From the NCBI RefSeq assembly GCF_000372725.1, contig NW_005201102.1:62001-126000 (forward strand): a stretch of 64,000 nt of DNA. The letters run 5' to 3'. This stretch comes from Emiliania huxleyi CCMP1516. Its lineage: Eukaryota. Both the position numbers and the translations under genes were made by a program. The first letter of the stretch is position 1. Each line of letters opens with the position of its first letter. A model generated the notes under the pieces. It saw only the letters and a list, made by a program, of their open reading frames with translations. It was not told the origin of the DNA and did no database searches. Below are positions 61,385-64,000 of the stretch, piece by piece.

Positions 61385-63377
61385 ATGAGCGGCGCCATCA
61401 GCCTCGTGACCTTGCTCGCCGACCTTCGCCAGGGCGACCTGGGCTCGCTGCGCGCCCTCCTCGCCGGGTGGACGCGCGGCCCGGCACTCACGGCCATGCT
61501 CGACGCGCGCCTCGAGGCCGCGAAAAAGCACACGCTGCTTACTATCGCCGCTCTGCACGGGCAGGCCGACGCCGTGCGGCTGCTGCTCGAGAGCGGCGCG
61601 AGCGTGGGGGCGACGACGGGCCGTGGCTCCACCGCGCTGGCCATCGCGTGCCTGGAGGGCCAGCTCGAGTGCGTGCGGCTGCTCCTCGGCGCCAACGCTG
61701 ACGCCGACCAAGCTAGGATGACGGCGCCACGCCGCTGTACATTGCGTGCGAGAAGGGCCAGCTCGAGTGCGCCCGGCTGCTCCTCGGCGCAAGCGCGGCG
61801 ATCAACCAAGCCAAGGACACCGGCGCGACGCCACTGTTCATCGCGTGCCAGAATGGCCGCCTCGAGTGCGCCCGGCTGCTCCTCGGCGCAAGCGCGGCGG
61901 TCAACCAAGCCAAGAACAGCGGCGGCAAGCGTGCGAGCACGGCCAGCTCGAGTGCGTGCGGCTGCTTCTCGGGGCCGGCGCGGCGGTCAACCAAGCCAAG
62001 CAGAACGGCGCCACGCCGCTGCACATGGCGTGCCAGGAGGGCCAGCTCGAGTGCGTGCGGCTGCTTCTCGAGGCTGGCGCGGCGGTCAACCAAGCCAAGG
62101 ACGGCGGCTTCACGCCGCTGTTCATCGCGTGCCAGCAGGGCCACCTCGACACCGCCCGGCTGCTCCTCGAGGCTAGCGCGGCGGTCAACCAAGCCAAGGA
62201 CGGGGGCTTCACGCCGCTGTTCATCGCGTGCGAGAACGGCCAACTCGAGTGCGCCCAGCTGCTCCTCGGCGCCAACGCTGACGCCGACCAAGCTAAGGAT
62301 GACGGCGCCACGCCGCTGTACATTGCGTGCCAGAATGGCCGCCTCGAGTGCGCCCGGCTGCTCCTCGGCGCAAGCGCGGCGGTCAACCAAGCCAAGAACA
62401 GCGGCGGCACGCCGCTGTACATCGCGTGCGAGCACGGCCAGCTCGAGTGCGTGCGGCTGCTTCTCGGCGCAAGCGCGGCGGTCAACCAAGCCAAGCAGAA
62501 TGGCGCCACGCCGCTGTTCATGGCGTGCCAGAACGGCCAGCTCGAGTGCGTGCGGCTGCTCCTCGGGGCCGGCGCGGCGGTCAACCAAGCCAAGGACGGG
62601 GGCTTCACGCCGCTGCACATGGCGTGCTACCAGGGCCACTCCGCCGTCGTGCTCTGCCTGCTGCGGGCGGGCGCAGACGCAGCGGCGCGCACCTCGGCCG
62701 GGCGTACGGCGCTGCAGCTGGCCAAGGAGAAGGGCCACACCGAGTGCGAGCGCGCCTTTGAGGCGGCGGCGAGGGAGGCGAAGAGAGCGGAGATTGAGGC
62801 GAAGGTGGAGAGGGCAGTGGCCGAGAGGGCGGCGGCAGAGAGGGTGGAGGCCGAGAGGGCGGCCGAGGAGGCTGCGGCGGCGCTGCTGGCGGAGGAGGAG
62901 TCGGAGAAGTGCGCCGAGGAGAAGAAGAAGGGCAAGAAGAGGGGCAAGAAGAAGAAGCAGGGCGGCGGGGGCGGCGCTGGGCCGTCGCAAGAGCCCGAGG
63001 CGCCGGCAGAGGAGGCGGCGGAGGAGGCGGTGGCGGCGGCGGAGGAGGCGGAGCTTGCGGCGGCGCTCGAGGAGAGCGCGAGGCTGGAGGAGGGGAGGCG
63101 GGCGGCGGAGGCGCAAGGGTCGTCCTCGGCTGCAGAGGCGCCGGCTCCGAGGGAGGAGGAGCCGCCGGCCGACTTCATCTGCCCGATCACGACCGAGCTC
63201 ATGAGTGACCCGGTGATGGCGGCGGACGGGCATTCTTACGAGCGGTCGGCGATCGAGCGCTGGCTCGCGACCAAGTCGACGAGCCCGATGACGGGCGAGG
63301 CGCTCGTGCACACCTTCCTCGCCCCCAACCACATGGTGCGCCGGCAGATCCGGGAGTGGGAAGAGGCGCGGGCTTGA
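61385..63377 (+). CDS. Ankyrin-repeat + coiled-coil + U-box E3 ligase; two frameshifts in the 5' repeats
   Basis: About 12 ANK repeats (GxTPLFIACQNGQLECVRLLLxAGAAVNQA); U-box PPADFICPITTELMSDPVMAADGHSYERSAIERWL..SPMTGE.L..LAPN. Confidence 0.9.
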
Positions 63378-63651
63378 TCGCGATCGGTCGAGCGGGGTGG
63401 GTGCAGGGTCTCTCGGAACTGCCGCGGTTGGGCCTTGAGCGTTGAGGACCGCTGGGCTCGACGTGTGTCGTGGCCAGCGCCACACAGTTTCGAAAACATA
63501 GGTGCGTGACGCAAAATAAGAGCTGCGGCCGTACACGTCAGTGTATTGTTTATGCACTATGGACAGAGTGGCTTCGTGAAGGAATGGATTGAAAAACATT
63601 TTCGAACAAAAAGAAAAAGCGACGAGGAACCGGCGGAGGATGCAGTGACGT

Positions 63652-63763
<112 letters not shown>

Positions 63764-64000
63764 GCACCGGGCCTTGCACTTTGAATGCCGTGGGGCTCCT
63801 GTCGTTAGACGTGGAGACGCGAGGGTTGCCCCCCCTTGCCCCACCACCTCGTGTGTGTGGAGAAGTTTACCTTACCTTACCTTACCTTACAGTGGACACT
63901 CGACAGACTGAGATACCCCCGCACGCGTGCTATGAGGTGCTTTGCGGCGCACGGCGCACCACTGAGTCACTCTCCAGACTCCAACCGACAAAAGCCCGCC

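Overview
GC-rich eukaryotic genomic DNA from a draft assembly with four N gaps. Frequent GC-AG introns, intronic 10-11 bp tandem repeats, TTAGGG tracts and the gene families present point to a haptophyte such as Emiliania/Gephyrocapsa huxleyi (inferred, not verified). Housekeeping multi-exon genes: S28 prolylcarboxypeptidase, dihydroorotase, a Ded1/DDX3-type DEAD-box helicase, a Sec1/Munc18 protein and a UDP-glycosyltransferase. Mixed among them are many mostly intronless, defence- or ubiquitin-type genes: MACPF perforin-like protein, two BspA-type LRR proteins, F-box/beta-helix, F-box/RCC1 plus a pseudogene copy, trypsin-like protease, SH3x3-Gig2-like ADP-ribosyltransferase, C-type-lectin-like secreted protein, an MLKL-like 4HB-(pseudo)kinase, and ankyrin-U-box. 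Two observations stand out. (1) An MLKL-like four-helix-bundle kinase with DFG changed to YFG and integrated tandem ABM-like domains lies near an ADP-ribosyltransferase and a lectin, a candidate algal cell-death/immunity locus. (2) Short introns repeatedly begin with a 17-26 nt copy of the next exon, and one dihydroorotase intron holds a 10-copy array of splice acceptor + exon start + telomere-like repeats. Nested MITE/foldback elements and several dispersed repeats are also present. All exon boundaries were inferred by eye.
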